Assembly (NCBI GenBank): GCA_963851265.1
Contig: CAWKNZ010000009.1
Location: 128,001 to 192,000 of the forward strand
From: an uncultured Gemmatimonadales bacterium
GTDB lineage: Bacteria > Gemmatimonadota > Gemmatimonadetes > Gemmatimonadales > Gemmatimonadaceae
DNA: 64,000 bases
Direction of reading: 5' to 3'
Below, piece by piece: positions 42,094 through 51,862 of the stretch. Position 1 is the stretch's first letter; every line of letters starts with the position of its first letter. Below the pieces are notes generated by a model. The model did no database searches, was not told where the DNA came from, and saw only the letters and a list, made by a program, of their open reading frames with translations. Both the position numbers and the translations under genes were made by a program.

Positions 42094-42687
42094 ATGACCA
42101 TGGCTGACGCTCGACGTGCCACGATCGCCCTCGGCACCGTGGTGCTGGCGTTCTTCCTGAGTGCGACGCCAGCACCGGCACCCGCCCAAGCACCGACCCC
42201 GGCACCGGCACGCACGTCCTGGAGTTGGAGCTACTCCGGGAGCGGGATCAGCGCCGCGGGCTCACTGCTCACGTCCGACACGCCCGACGCGGCTGGTTAT
42301 TTCCACATCGTGTCCATCACAGGCAGCCGGAACGGCGACGCCATCGTGGCGCTGTATCCGACGGGGCTCGCCATACCTGGCAATGAGCCGTACAGCGTGG
42401 ACAACCTGATCCGCCGTGATGGGTCGGGCATGATCACCGTCCACGGCTTCGGCTATTCTCTCGCGTCGGGGGCCTACGTGAACCCCTACTTTGCCGACTT
42501 CCTGTCGCCTCCCGCCTACGCGGAGGTCTTTACGCAGGGCGGCACTCTCAGCGAAGTGCCCATCACCTTCACCGCAACGCCGGTCGCTGCGCCGTCCGCC
42601 GTGCCGGAGCCGTCTGCCGCGGCCTGCCTGCTGTCCGGCTTTGCGCTGGCCGGTGTCCGGCGTCTGGCTCGTCGCCGTGATGGCTGA
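42094..42687 (+). CDS. PEP-CTERM sorting-domain protein
   Basis: Signal peptide; C-terminal VPEPS + hydrophobic helix + RRLARRR. Confidence 0.88.
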   Translation: MTMADARRATIALGTVVLAFFLSATPAPAPAQAPTPAPARTSWSWSYSGSGISAAGSLLTSDTPDAAGYFHIVSITGSRNGDAIVALYPTGLAIPGNEPYSVDNLIRRDGSGMITVHGFGYSLASGAYVNPYFADFLSPPAYAEVFTQGGTLSEVPITFTATPVAAPSAVPEPSAAACLLSGFALAGVRRLARRRDG

Positions 42688-43010
42688 CGGTCGGCGACAC
42701 CCCGGACGGGTGCCGATCGTTCGGTGAGCACCGGGGCTCGTCGTTTCCATCACCCGTGGAACACGGCAGGCGGTAGAGCCTGAAGGTGCATGACAGGTAG
42801 GCGGCGGGCACCGGCATGGCCCCGGTCACTACGGTCGGTTCTGACACGTCAGCTTCGGCCCATCAGCTTGCGACGCCTGTCACCGGGCGCCACACGTCAC
42901 GCCCGACCGCCTCGCAGGCGACGGACTCGCCCCGATGCTGGGCGCCGGGGCCGGCCGGCGGTCGGCGGCCACTCCTCCACGCACATGCTACCGCCCTACA
43001 CGCCGCGCCG

Positions 43011-43394
43011 ATGACTACCGTGGCGGACGTGCGCCGCGTCGCGACGGCCTTGCCCGACGTCGAGGTATCTGCCGATGCCCTCGTTTTCGCCGTGCGCCGC
43101 GGTACGAAGGCCCGGGGGTTCGCCTGGGCCTGGCGCGAGCGCGTCGCGCCGAAGCGGCCGCGGGTGCCCAACCCGGGCGTGTTCGCGGTGCGGGTGGCCA
43201 GCGTCGCGCAGCGCGACCTGATGATCGCGGCCGAGCCGGCGAAGTTCTTCACCGAGCCGCACTACGACGGGTTTCCGGCAGTGCTGGTCCGGCTCGATGC
43301 GGTGAGCGTGGCCGATCTCGAGGTGCTGCTCGCCGCGGCATGGCGGTGTCAGGCCGCGCCACCGGGGCGTAGCTCACGCGCGCATCGTCCGTAA
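43011..43394 (+). CDS. MmcQ/YjbR-family protein
   Basis: TVADVRRVATALP, KFFTEPHYDGFPAVLVRL, AWRCQA. Confidence 0.85.
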   Translation: MTTVADVRRVATALPDVEVSADALVFAVRRGTKARGFAWAWRERVAPKRPRVPNPGVFAVRVASVAQRDLMIAAEPAKFFTEPHYDGFPAVLVRLDAVSVADLEVLLAAAWRCQAAPPGRSSRAHRP

Positions 43395-43598
43395 ACGCGG
43401 GTACCAATCGAGAGCCGCGCGACGGGAGAGCGGTCCGGTTCTGCGAGGGCATCTGCGATGTTTCACCGCAGCTGTTCTGACGCATGACAGCGGGCCGACC
43501 AGGCCCGCGTGTGATCGTGGACGCCGGTGGACAACGGCCGTTTCGCGCGTCCGGGTCGGTGGCCGGCGCGCGCCCATCGTCGGTGTTACGTTGGACGC

Positions 43599-44033
43599 GT
43601 GCGCCGGTCCGTCTGGTCCCGCCTGCTCGCTGGTTGGCTCGCCTGTTGGCTGCCGCTCGTCCTCGCCGACGGGGGGTGGCTGCACACGTGCCCGATGCAC
43701 GACTTCGCCGTGCGCGACGGCAGCGGCGCCAGAGGCGCAGTCGCGGCGCACGCCGCGATGCCGCACATGCATGGGATGACGGCGGCGAACCACGCCGGAC
43801 GCGACGACCCGCATGGCGCGTCGCACGGCGGATCGCGTGGTGCGCGGTGTTGTACCTGCGCCGCGGCCTGCTGCGCCCCGGTCGCCGCGTTGCCCGTGCA
43901 CCCTCGGGCCGAAACGGTGCTGACAGCCGAGCGCGCGTTCGTGGCCCCGACCGGGCGCCCCGAGCACGAGTACGTCTCGGCGTGGGTGGATTTCGTCCTC
44001 CCGTTCGCGACCGCACCGCCGACGCGGGGCTGA
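43599..44033 (+). CDS. DUF2946/CruR-like His/Cys-rich leader protein
   Basis: Signal-like N-terminus, HTCPMH, His-rich linker, CCTCAAACC, C-terminal LPFATAPP; directly upstream of a TonB receptor. Confidence 0.65.
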   Translation: MRRSVWSRLLAGWLACWLPLVLADGGWLHTCPMHDFAVRDGSGARGAVAAHAAMPHMHGMTAANHAGRDDPHGASHGGSRGARCCTCAAACCAPVAALPVHPRAETVLTAERAFVAPTGRPEHEYVSAWVDFVLPFATAPPTRG

Positions 44034-44241
44034 CGTCGTTCCCGCGTCCGGCGGCCCCCCAGGGGGAGACCTTCCGCCCGGCGCGGTCCCGTCTCGCGCG
44101 CACCGCTCGGGGTGTCCCGACCGGGCGCGCGCATGCCCCGTGACCCCGGCCGAGCCGGGTCGCGCCCCGCCGACTGCCGTGCGCGTGTTCGCGCACCGCG
44201 CACGACGGGGAGCGCCGCGCTCGCCGGCGACCCTTGCCTCC

Positions 44242-46410
44242 ATGATTCGACCAACATCGGCCCCCGCGACGCGCGGTGGTGCCGCGACACCGCCGTCACG
44301 CCCCTCCATGCCCGCGGCGACGCTGGCCGCGCTCGTGTCCGTAGCGCTCGCGTCTGTCTCTCTCGCGGCCCGTTCTGTCGCGGCGCAGCCGCCACGCGTT
44401 CCGCGCCCGGACTCGACGCGCGCCGATTCGGGCCGCGCGCGCGGACGCGTCGCCCAACTGCGCGCCGTGACCGTCGTCGCGACGCCGGCCGAGCGGACGG
44501 CGCCGCTCTCCGCCACGCACGTCGACGCCGCGATCGTCAGCGTCACCCCGTCCGCGAGTCCGTACGACCTGTTGCGCCAGACCGCGGGGGTCGCCGTCCA
44601 CGAGCAGGGGCAGGGCCCGGGGTTCGCCTCCGACGCTTCGGTCCGGGGCTTCAGCTCCGACCACGCGACCGACATCGCGCTCTGGGTCGATGGCGTGCCG
44701 GTCAACGAACCCGTGAACGGGCACTCCGAGGGCTACAACGACTGGAGCGTGCTCTTTCCGGGCGGCATCCAGGACATCGACGTGATCCGGGGCCCCACGA
44801 GCGCCCTGTTCGGCAACTTCGCGCTCTCGGGCATCGTGAACGTCCGCACGCTCGAGCGCATGACGGGCACCGAGGCCACGCTCACGGGCGGCGCGTTCGG
44901 GCGCGGCGAGGGCATGCTGCTGACCGGCTTCGACCACGGTGCGGCCGGCGGCGGCGTGCTCGGCGCCCGCTTCGCCCGCGAGGACGGCTTCCGGCCCAAC
45001 GCCGGCTACGACATCGGCCAGGGCCACATGCGTCTCGTGCACGACCTCGCGCCCGGCGTGCGCATCGACGGCGGGGTGGAGCTCTACAGCAGCGGCTGGC
45101 GATCGCCCGGGTACCTGAGCGCCGACGAGTTCGCGGCCGGGCAGTACGGGATCGTCTCGAACCCGAGCGACGGCGGCTTCAAGCGGCGCGCGCAGGAGCG
45201 CGTGAGCCTGAGCGTCCTCGCCGGCACGGCGCTCTGGCGCACGACGGCGTACGCGACGCAGAGCCGCTGGTCGCTCTTCCTGACCATCCCGCCCGCCGGC
45301 GGTCAGTTCGAGGGCACGGGCAGCCAGACCGAGGAGGAGGATCGCCGCCACGGGTACGGCGCGACGAGTGCGCTGACCTGGAGCCTCCCGCGGGGGAGCG
45401 AGGTGAGCGTCGGCGCGGAGGGACGCTGGGACGAGTCGCGCTACGAGAACTACTACACGACGGCGCGGGCGCGCGACTCGGTGAACGCCCTGGTGACCGG
45501 CCGTCAGCTGCTGGGCGCGCTCTTCGTCCAGGGGCACACCGACGCCACCGACCGCCTGCGCTTCGACGTCGGGGCCCGCTACGACGCGTTCGACACGCGC
45601 TCGACGCCGGACGGGGACGCCGCCGGCGCCGGCGGCACCCTTCGGGCGACGCATGCCGTGCTGAGTCCCAAGCTGGGCGCATTGTACCGGCTGACTTCCG
45701 CCCTGGGCGTGTACGGCAACGTCTCGCGCGGGTTCCGCTCGTCGGACGGCATCATCCTCGACCCGACGCTCGCGCCGATCACGGCGTGGGCGTACGAGGG
45801 CGGGCTGAAGCTGACGCGCGGGGCCGCGTTCGCGCAGGCGGCGCTCTTCCGCATGGACGTGAGCAACGAGCAGACGCTCGACCCGCTCACGCTGCTCGCG
45901 ACCAACGGCGGGCGGAGCCGGCGACAGGGGCTCGAAGTGAACTGGCGCGTCCCGGTGCTGCCGGCGCTCGGCGGGGCGGGCGCGACCGGCGTCGGCGTCA
46001 CGCTCTCGGGCGACTGGACGTTCAACGACGCGCGCTACCGGAGCACGGCGGTCACGGGCGACACGGGCGGCGTCCGGCTGCTCGACGGCCTCCGCGTCTA
46101 CAACACGTCCAAGTACGTCGGGCTCGCGGCGCTGGACGTCGGGCCCGGGTCGGGCGCGTGGCGGGCGCGGGTGAGCGGCACGTTCAACGGGCCGTACTCG
46201 CCGTTCGACGAGCCGGGCGTCGTCACGGGCGCGTTCGCGCTGCTGCACGTGGGCGGCGCGGTGCGGGTGCCGGGGCTCGGGCGCGGGGCCGAGGTGAACG
46301 CCGGGGTGCGCAACGTGTTCGACCGCCGCTACCCGGAGCTGATCGCGGGCGGGGTGGTGTCCCCGGGGCAACCGCGCGCGTTCGAGGTGTCGGTACGCGT
46401 GCGGCCGTGA
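44242..46410 (+). CDS. TonB-dependent receptor
   Basis: Plug SVRGF...VDGVPVN...IDVIRGPTSALFG; C-terminal GVRNVFDRRY...PGQPRAF. Start 44242 or 44308. Confidence 0.93.
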   Translation: MIRPTSAPATRGGAATPPSRPSMPAATLAALVSVALASVSLAARSVAAQPPRVPRPDSTRADSGRARGRVAQLRAVTVVATPAERTAPLSATHVDAAIVSVTPSASPYDLLRQTAGVAVHEQGQGPGFASDASVRGFSSDHATDIALWVDGVPVNEPVNGHSEGYNDWSVLFPGGIQDIDVIRGPTSALFGNFALSGIVNVRTLERMTGTEATLTGGAFGRGEGMLLTGFDHGAAGGGVLGARFAREDGFRPNAGYDIGQGHMRLVHDLAPGVRIDGGVELYSSGWRSPGYLSADEFAAGQYGIVSNPSDGGFKRRAQERVSLSVLAGTALWRTTAYATQSRWSLFLTIPPAGGQFEGTGSQTEEEDRRHGYGATSALTWSLPRGSEVSVGAEGRWDESRYENYYTTARARDSVNALVTGRQLLGALFVQGHTDATDRLRFDVGARYDAFDTRSTPDGDAAGAGGTLRATHAVLSPKLGALYRLTSALGVYGNVSRGFRSSDGIILDPTLAPITAWAYEGGLKLTRGAAFAQAALFRMDVSNEQTLDPLTLLATNGGRSRRQGLEVNWRVPVLPALGGAGATGVGVTLSGDWTFNDARYRSTAVTGDTGGVRLLDGLRVYNTSKYVGLAALDVGPGSGAWRARVSGTFNGPYSPFDEPGVVTGAFALLHVGGAVRVPGLGRGAEVNAGVRNVFDRRYPELIAGGVVSPGQPRAFEVSVRVRP

Positions 46411-46570
46411 GCGAATAGCGGCATCCGGCCGCACGGCGCGAGGCGGACCGCGGCAGTCGCGGCCGCCCCGCGCGCGGACCGCCGCCGTCCCGGGCGTCGG
46501 TCACCGCGCACCTTGCGCGTGGGCGTCGGTCACGCCGTCGGCGACGCGGCGGAGTCGGGCGCAGCAGGCG

Positions 46571-46600
46571 TTGACTCATCAAGAAACGCTGTTATATATC
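46571..46600 (+). promoter_or_regulatory. ars promoter with ArsR operator
   Basis: TTGACT...TATATA with CATCAAGAAACGCTGTTA between them, resembling ATCAA-N6-TTGAT. Confidence 0.7.
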
Positions 46601-46606
46601 CGGTCC

Positions 46607-46972
46607 ATGACGACCGCCGTCGCTCACGCCCTTGCGGCGGACCGCGCCCGGGCCGCCCGGCTCTTCCACGCGCTGTCGGACGCGACGCGGCTCGCCATCC
46701 TCGACCTGCTGCACGACGGCGAGCACTGCGTCTGCGACCTGCAGGACGCGCTGGACGCGGCGCAGTCGCGCCTATCGTTCCACCTCAAGGTGCTGCGCGA
46801 CGCCGGCCTCGTGTCCGACCGGAAGGAGGGCCGCTGGTCGTACTACGCCATCGTGCCCGAGACGCTGGCGGAGGTGCACGACCTGGTCGTCGAACTCGAC
46901 CCGAGCGCGCGGTCAGGGCGGGGCCGAACGAGGCGGGCCGGGCTTCGGGTCGTCGGGAACTGCTGCGGCTGA
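46607..46972 (+). CDS. arsR: ArsR/SmtB family repressor
   Basis: FHALSDATRL, EHCVCDL, QSRLSFHLKVL, C-terminal CC. Confidence 0.93.
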   Translation: MTTAVAHALAADRARAARLFHALSDATRLAILDLLHDGEHCVCDLQDALDAAQSRLSFHLKVLRDAGLVSDRKEGRWSYYAIVPETLAEVHDLVVELDPSARSGRGRTRRAGLRVVGNCCG

Positions 46973-47057
46973 CGGTAGGCGACTGCGCAACACGCGCCCG
47001 CCGGGCGTAGAACGCCGGGCGCCTCGCACGGGCGGGCGCCTGCTCTCGTGGCAAACG

Positions 47058-47075
47058 CATCAACATTTCTTGCTG
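47058..47075. promoter_or_regulatory. Second ArsR-operator-like site before arsM
   Basis: CATCAACATTTCTTGCTG; its reverse complement matches the first site at 13/18 positions. Confidence 0.6.
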
Positions 47076-47089
47076 AGGAGGAACAGCGC

Positions 47090-48049
47090 ATGTCGAACAC
47101 CGACGGAGGCCCCACGGACCTGACCGCAGTCGTGCAGGAGAAGTACGGTGAGGCCGCGCGGCGCGTTCTCGAGGCCGGCACCGCAGCGTCGTGCTGTGGT
47201 CCCGTGAACTCCTGCTGCGGGGGCGCGGCGTTCAACGGCCAGGTGGACCCGATCACGGCCGACCTCTACGTGAACGGCGAGACCGACGTCCTTCCCTCGG
47301 CCGCGGTACTGGCGTCCCTCGGCTGTGGCAACCCGACCGCCCTCGCCGAACTGCGCGCGGGTGAGACGGTGCTCGACCTGGGCTCGGGCGGCGGCATCGA
47401 CGTCATCCTCTCGGCCCGGCGCGTGGGCCCGACGGGCCGCGCGTTCGGCCTCGACATGACCGACGACATGCTCGCGCTGGCGCGGCGGAACGCCGAAGAG
47501 GCGGGCGTCGATAACGTCGACTTCCTCAAGGGGCAGATCGAGCGCGTCCCGCTGCCGGACAACTCGGTCGACGTCATCATCTCCAACTGCGTGATCAACC
47601 TCTCGGGCGACAAGCGCCGCGTGCTGGCCGAGGCGTTTCGCGTGCTCAAGCCGGGCGGGCGCTTCGCGGTGAGCGACGTCGTGGTGCGCGGTGAGGTGCC
47701 CGCGGCCGTGCGGCGGAGCATGGAGCTCTGGGTGGGCTGCGTCGCGGGCGCGCTCGAGGAGGCGGAGTTCAAGACCCTGCTCGCCGACGTGGGGTTCGAG
47801 GGCGCGGACGTCGAGCCCACGCGCGTCTACCGAAGCGAGGACGCCCGCGTGTTCCTCGAGGAGGCCGGCGTTCCCGTCGACGCGCACCTCGCCGAGATCG
47901 ACGGGCGGTTCATGGCCGCCTTCGTCCGCGCGACGAAGCCGGTCACGCCGGCCAGCGCCGCCCGGGTCGCGCCCGGCCTCCGCACGCTCGCCGTGGCCGG
48001 CGCGACCCCGGCCACGACGTCGTGCTGTGGCCCGGACTGCTGCGCCTGA
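47090..48049 (+). CDS. arsM: Arsenite S-adenosylmethionine methyltransferase
   Basis: SLGCGNP, VLDLGSGGGID, ISNCVINL, WVGCVAGAL, CC pairs; SD GAGGAGG. Confidence 0.95.
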   Translation: MSNTDGGPTDLTAVVQEKYGEAARRVLEAGTAASCCGPVNSCCGGAAFNGQVDPITADLYVNGETDVLPSAAVLASLGCGNPTALAELRAGETVLDLGSGGGIDVILSARRVGPTGRAFGLDMTDDMLALARRNAEEAGVDNVDFLKGQIERVPLPDNSVDVIISNCVINLSGDKRRVLAEAFRVLKPGGRFAVSDVVVRGEVPAAVRRSMELWVGCVAGALEEAEFKTLLADVGFEGADVEPTRVYRSEDARVFLEEAGVPVDAHLAEIDGRFMAAFVRATKPVTPASAARVAPGLRTLAVAGATPATTSCCGPDCCA

Positions 48050-48088
48050 GTCGCCCCGATCCCTGTCCCCGTGCCGAGGACCGCACCG

Positions 48089-48610
48089 ATGACGACGCCC
48101 GCCACGAGCACGCCGACGCGCCTGCTCACCCTTCGGACGGCGACGCCCGCCGACCTCCCGGCGGTGGAGGGACTCCTCACCGCGGCCGGGCTCCCGACCG
48201 CCGACCTCGCGGCCCTGTTCGCCGCGCACGCGGACGACTTCCTCGTCGCGGACGACCCCGAGCAGTCGGGGGCGCTCCTCGGCGTGGCCGGGCTGGAGGT
48301 GTGTTGCGGCACGTCGCCGCATCCGACCGCGCTCCTCCGGTCCGTGGCGGTGCGGGACGACTGGCGCGCGCACGGGATCGGGCGCGAGCTGGTGCGCCGC
48401 ATCGTCTGCGTGGCCGAGGCGCGCGGGCTCCGCGCCCTGTACCTCCTCACCATGACGGCCGAGCACTACTTCCCGCAGTTCGGCTTCCGGCCGGTCGGGC
48501 GGGACACCGTGCCGCCCGATATCGCGGCCACGCTCGAGTTCCGGAGTGCGTGTCCGGCCTCGGCCACCGCGATGGCAAAGCGGCTCGCCGGCGCGGTCCC
48601 GAGCGCGTGA
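48089..48610 (+). CDS. arsN2: Arsenic-resistance GNAT, ArsN2-like
   Basis: ALLRSVAV, LYLLTMTAEHYF, EFRSACPASATAM. Confidence 0.85.
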   Translation: MTTPATSTPTRLLTLRTATPADLPAVEGLLTAAGLPTADLAALFAAHADDFLVADDPEQSGALLGVAGLEVCCGTSPHPTALLRSVAVRDDWRAHGIGRELVRRIVCVAEARGLRALYLLTMTAEHYFPQFGFRPVGRDTVPPDIAATLEFRSACPASATAMAKRLAGAVPSA

Positions 48611-49152
48611 CGGCGGCGCCGGTCCCCGGGTCTCCCCCGCGCGTCCGCCCGGCAACCGCCGCCGACCTCGCGGACGCCGCCGCGATCTACAACGCGGGCA
48701 TCCGCGGGCGCGGCGCCACGTTCGAGACGGTCGAGCGCACGCCAGCCGACCTCGCATCCTGGCTTGCCGGCCCGCACCCGTTCCTGGCGGCCGTGGACGA
48801 CGGGGGGGACCACGCGCGCGCCGACGCGCCGGTGCTCGGGTGGGCGCGCGCCTCCGCGTACCGGCCACGCGCGTGCTACGCGGGGATCGCCGAGTTCTCG
48901 GTCTACGTTGCGGCGCACGCGCGGGGGCGGCGCGTCGGCGACGCGCTGATGGCTGCCTTCGTGCCCGCCTGTTCCGCCGCGGGCTTCTGGAAGCTCGTCT
49001 CGCGCGTGTTCCCCGAGAACGCGGCGTCGTGCGCGCTGTGCGCCCGCCACGGCTTCCGCGAGGTCGGGACGTACGAGCGCCACGCGCAACTCGACGGCGT
49101 CTGGCGCGACGTGATCATCGTCGAACGACTCCTCCCCGAACACCTGACGTGA
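48607..49152 (+). CDS. arsN1: Arsinothricin/phosphinothricin N-acetyltransferase, ArsN1-like
   Basis: IYNAGI..R.ATFET, YRPRACYAGIAEFSVYV, WKLVSRVFPEN, LDGVWRDV; GTGA coupling. Confidence 0.88.
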   Translation: MTAAPVPGSPPRVRPATAADLADAAAIYNAGIRGRGATFETVERTPADLASWLAGPHPFLAAVDDGGDHARADAPVLGWARASAYRPRACYAGIAEFSVYVAAHARGRRVGDALMAAFVPACSAAGFWKLVSRVFPENAASCALCARHGFREVGTYERHAQLDGVWRDVIIVERLLPEHLT

Positions 49153-49335
49153 CCGACCGTGCGACCACCACCGACGGCGGGGCATTCCGGTCGACGACTT
49201 CCCGTCTGACGCCTCCCGGCCGGACGCCCTCCGCGTGCTCGTGCTCTGCACCGGGAACTCGGCGCGCAGCCAGATCGGCGAGGCCCTGCTCGCGACGAGG
49301 GGCGCAGCCCGGGTGGCCGCCGACTTCGTCGCCCC
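49149..49335 (+). pseudogene. arsC: Truncated ArsC (LMW-PTP type arsenate reductase), N-terminus only
   Basis: RVLVLCTGNSARSQIGEALL, then similarity ends; the coupled GTG 49149 is out of frame. Confidence 0.8.
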
Positions 49336-49339
49336 GGTC

Positions 49340-49505
49340 GGGCGGCGGCTGGACGGCGCACTGGCTGTACTGGGCCGCGCCGGTCGTGGGGATGGTCGCC
49401 GCGATGCGAGGCTACGAGCACCTGCGGGGCGCGTGCCCGCCGGCCGTCGTGCCGCCGGGCGTGTCGGTCGGCGTCGAGGGCCCGTTCGCGCCGGACCGCT
49501 CGTAG
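49340..49505 (+). pseudogene. C-terminal remnant of an MIP/aquaglyceroporin
   Basis: GGWTAHWLYWAAPVVG..A...YEHLR, the last helix of MIP channels; no NPA motifs remain. Confidence 0.7.
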
Positions 49506-49892
49506 CGATCTCGCCCACGGCGGGGTCGGTTGCGGGATGCGCGACTCCCGTTTCGCGAGCCGCGGGTTTGTTCGAGACCGCGCGGCACGCGCGGCTGCGA
49601 GGTCGGGAAGGCGGGTGATAAGTGTGCTACTTCTCGGGTTTGCCCCCGTACCGGCATTCCACCAGTTCCCCTATCCGCGCCCAACGTCTGACGGTTTCCC
49701 CTGTTGGTCGCCGCGTCTTCCTGGTCGGCGGCGCGACGATGCCCAGCAGATCCATTGGAAAGGTCACGGGCGGCTACACAGGAAAGGGCGACGCGGGCCT
49801 CCACTGCAGTGGCCCACCGGGTGCGCGACGGTGGGGCAGACGCACCGCTCGGGGTTCCGTTAAGGGGGTCCGGAAGGCCTGGCGCACAATCA

Positions 49893-50130
49893 GCGGCTCT
49901 GCCCCACGCCCCGGGCCCGCGTGCAGGATCACCTCGATCTGGTACAGGCCGATCACGGTCTCGGCGAGCGCATTAATCGTAGGCGTCGCCCTGCGAGCCG
50001 ACCGACGGCGCCACGCCCGCCTCGGCCAGCCGCTCGGTGTAGGGCAGGGAAGAGGTATTGCGCGCTGCGGTCGGAATGACAGACGAGCCCCGCGTCGATC
50101 TCGCGGTCGTACAGGGCCTGCTCCTTCTGA
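49893..50130 (-). mobile_element. IS3-family transposase (integrase core) remnant
   Basis: Frameshifted pieces EQALYDR..GLVCHSDRSAQY / YTERLAEAGVAPSVGSQGDAYD / NALAETVIGLY. Confidence 0.85.
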
Positions 50131-50338
50131 CCCGGCAGCACGCCGCCGGCCCGCGCGTGTAGCGGTTCGGCTCTTTGCCAAACGCTGACGCCGCGAAACG
50201 CCGACGCGCTGAACCACCCGGGCATCCGGTGCAGAACGCGGGCTGTTTTGTGACTCGCCGAACGACGACCGTACCCGCACCGCGCGTGAGCGCGCGTGCG
50301 CGCGCGTGCGCGGCGCGGCGAAACGTCGGACGCCGCCG

Positions 50339-50890
50339 CTACGCGCGGCCCGCCGCGGCGTCGAAGGCGAGGACGTGCCAGTGGCCGCGAGCTCCCGGGT
50401 CGCCGGGCCGGCCCACGGCGACGGGACCGCCGGCAGCCTCGTCGCTGACGACGCGCTCCCAGAACGCGAGCGCCCCCGGGTTGGCTGCGCCAACCCGGAC
50501 CGTCCACCGCCCCGGGCGCCGGCGCCAGAGCAGGGCGGCAGCGCGGCGGCCCACGCCTGCACCGCGGAAGCGGCGCAACACGAAGAACTCCGCGACGTCG
50601 AACACCTCGGGATCGTCGACCGCGGGCGAGCCGCGCGTTGCGAGCACGAACCCCGCCGTCCGCCCATCGGCCCGGATCAGGTAGGCGAAGCGGCGGTCGG
50701 GCTCGGTCCAGTAGCGCGTCAGGTGCGGGTAGCCGAAGCGCCCGTCGGGGCCGAGCGGAATGTCGGGGAACGCGGCGCTCAGGTCGTGGATGTAGAGCTC
50801 AAGCAGGTTAGCGAGTAGCGTGGCGTCCTCGGGCGTGGCTTCGTCGAGCGCGACCGCCGCGACCTTCGCGCCTTCGGGGGCGGGCGTCAC
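50339..50890 (-). CDS. GNAT family N-acetyltransferase
   Basis: LANLLELYIHDLS, VAEFFVLRRFRGAGVGR, NPGALAFW. Confidence 0.88.
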   Translation of the reverse strand: MTPAPEGAKVAAVALDEATPEDATLLANLLELYIHDLSAAFPDIPLGPDGRFGYPHLTRYWTEPDRRFAYLIRADGRTAGFVLATRGSPAVDDPEVFDVAEFFVLRRFRGAGVGRRAAALLWRRRPGRWTVRVGAANPGALAFWERVVSDEAAGGPVAVGRPGDPGARGHWHVLAFDAAAGRA

Positions 50891-51175
50891 GGCCGGCCAT
50901 CCGCCTGTCCCGCTGGGCGGCAGTCGTCCTCCGGAGGGCGCGTCGGTGTCTCCGAGCGGGTCGCGGATGCGACCACCCGCCGCTGCGTGGAGCCCGCGAG
51001 CGCGCCCGGGCGCGGCACGTCGGCGGTCGTCGCCCGGCGAGTGGGGATCGGCATGCCGGGAGTCTGCGCCGCGTCCGCGCGGCCGTCCACCCCGTGCCAC
51101 ATGGTCGGTTTTGAGATGGCCGAGCGGTCCCCCGGCGCGGGAAGCGGCGCGACGCGTCGGGCCGCCCGCGCATCA

Positions 51176-51862
51176 TCACGCGCGGTGATTCTGCTGCTCG
51201 CGGTCCGCCTCGGACGGGGTCTCACGCGCGTACGAGCCGGTCCGCACGTCACCGTCACGCTCGTACGTCGCCGCGAGCACGCCGCTCTGCCCCACGACGG
51301 AGCGGGTCAGCCGGAACGCCGCCGGCCGGGTGCCCTCGCCGAACAGCCGCTTTCCGGTACCGAGCGCCACCGGGTAGATCAGTAGTCGAAGCTCGTCGAC
51401 CAGGTCGGCCGCGAGTAGCGTTTGGAGCAAGTCGGCCGAGCCCTGCGTCAACAGGTCCGGCCCGTCGCCCTGCTTCAGCTGGCGCACCGCGACCGCCGCG
51501 TCGCGGCCGAGCCACCGGCTGTTCTGCCAGGCGAAGTGCGACCGGGATCGGGAGGCGACGTACTTCGTGGCCTGGTTGAAGGAGTTCGCGATCTCCGCCG
51601 CGCCGGCCGCGAGGCTGCTCGAGTCAGGGGCGACGTCGAAGAACGGCCAGTAGCCGGCGAAGATGTCGTAGGTCTTGCGGCCGAGCAGCAGGTCGTAGGG
51701 TCGGCCGAAGTTCTCTGCCGTCCCACGGCCGAAGGCGGGGTCCGAGTATGCGGCGGTCCACCCGCCGAATCGGAATCCGCCGGTCGGGTCCTCCTCGGGC
51801 GCCCCCGGAGCCTGCATGATGCCGTCTACGGTCAGGAAGGCGGCAGTTACCAGCTTTCGCAT
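51176..51862 (-). CDS. Dihydrofolate reductase / RibD C-terminal family protein
   Basis: MRKL..FLTVDGIMQAPG, LLLGRKTY, QGSADL, LVDE..L.IYPV.LG.GKRLF. Confidence 0.9.
   Translation of the reverse strand: MRKLVTAAFLTVDGIMQAPGAPEEDPTGGFRFGGWTAAYSDPAFGRGTAENFGRPYDLLLGRKTYDIFAGYWPFFDVAPDSSSLAAGAAEIANSFNQATKYVASRSRSHFAWQNSRWLGRDAAVAVRQLKQGDGPDLLTQGSADLLQTLLAADLVDELRLLIYPVALGTGKRLFGEGTRPAAFRLTRSVVGQSGVLAATYERDGDVRTGSYARETPSEADREQQNHRA

Noticed and set aside
49620..49660. GGCAAACC on the minus strand suggesting a c-di-GMP-I riboswitch
   Set aside because: The GAAA-loop stem and the GACGCAAAG element are missing.
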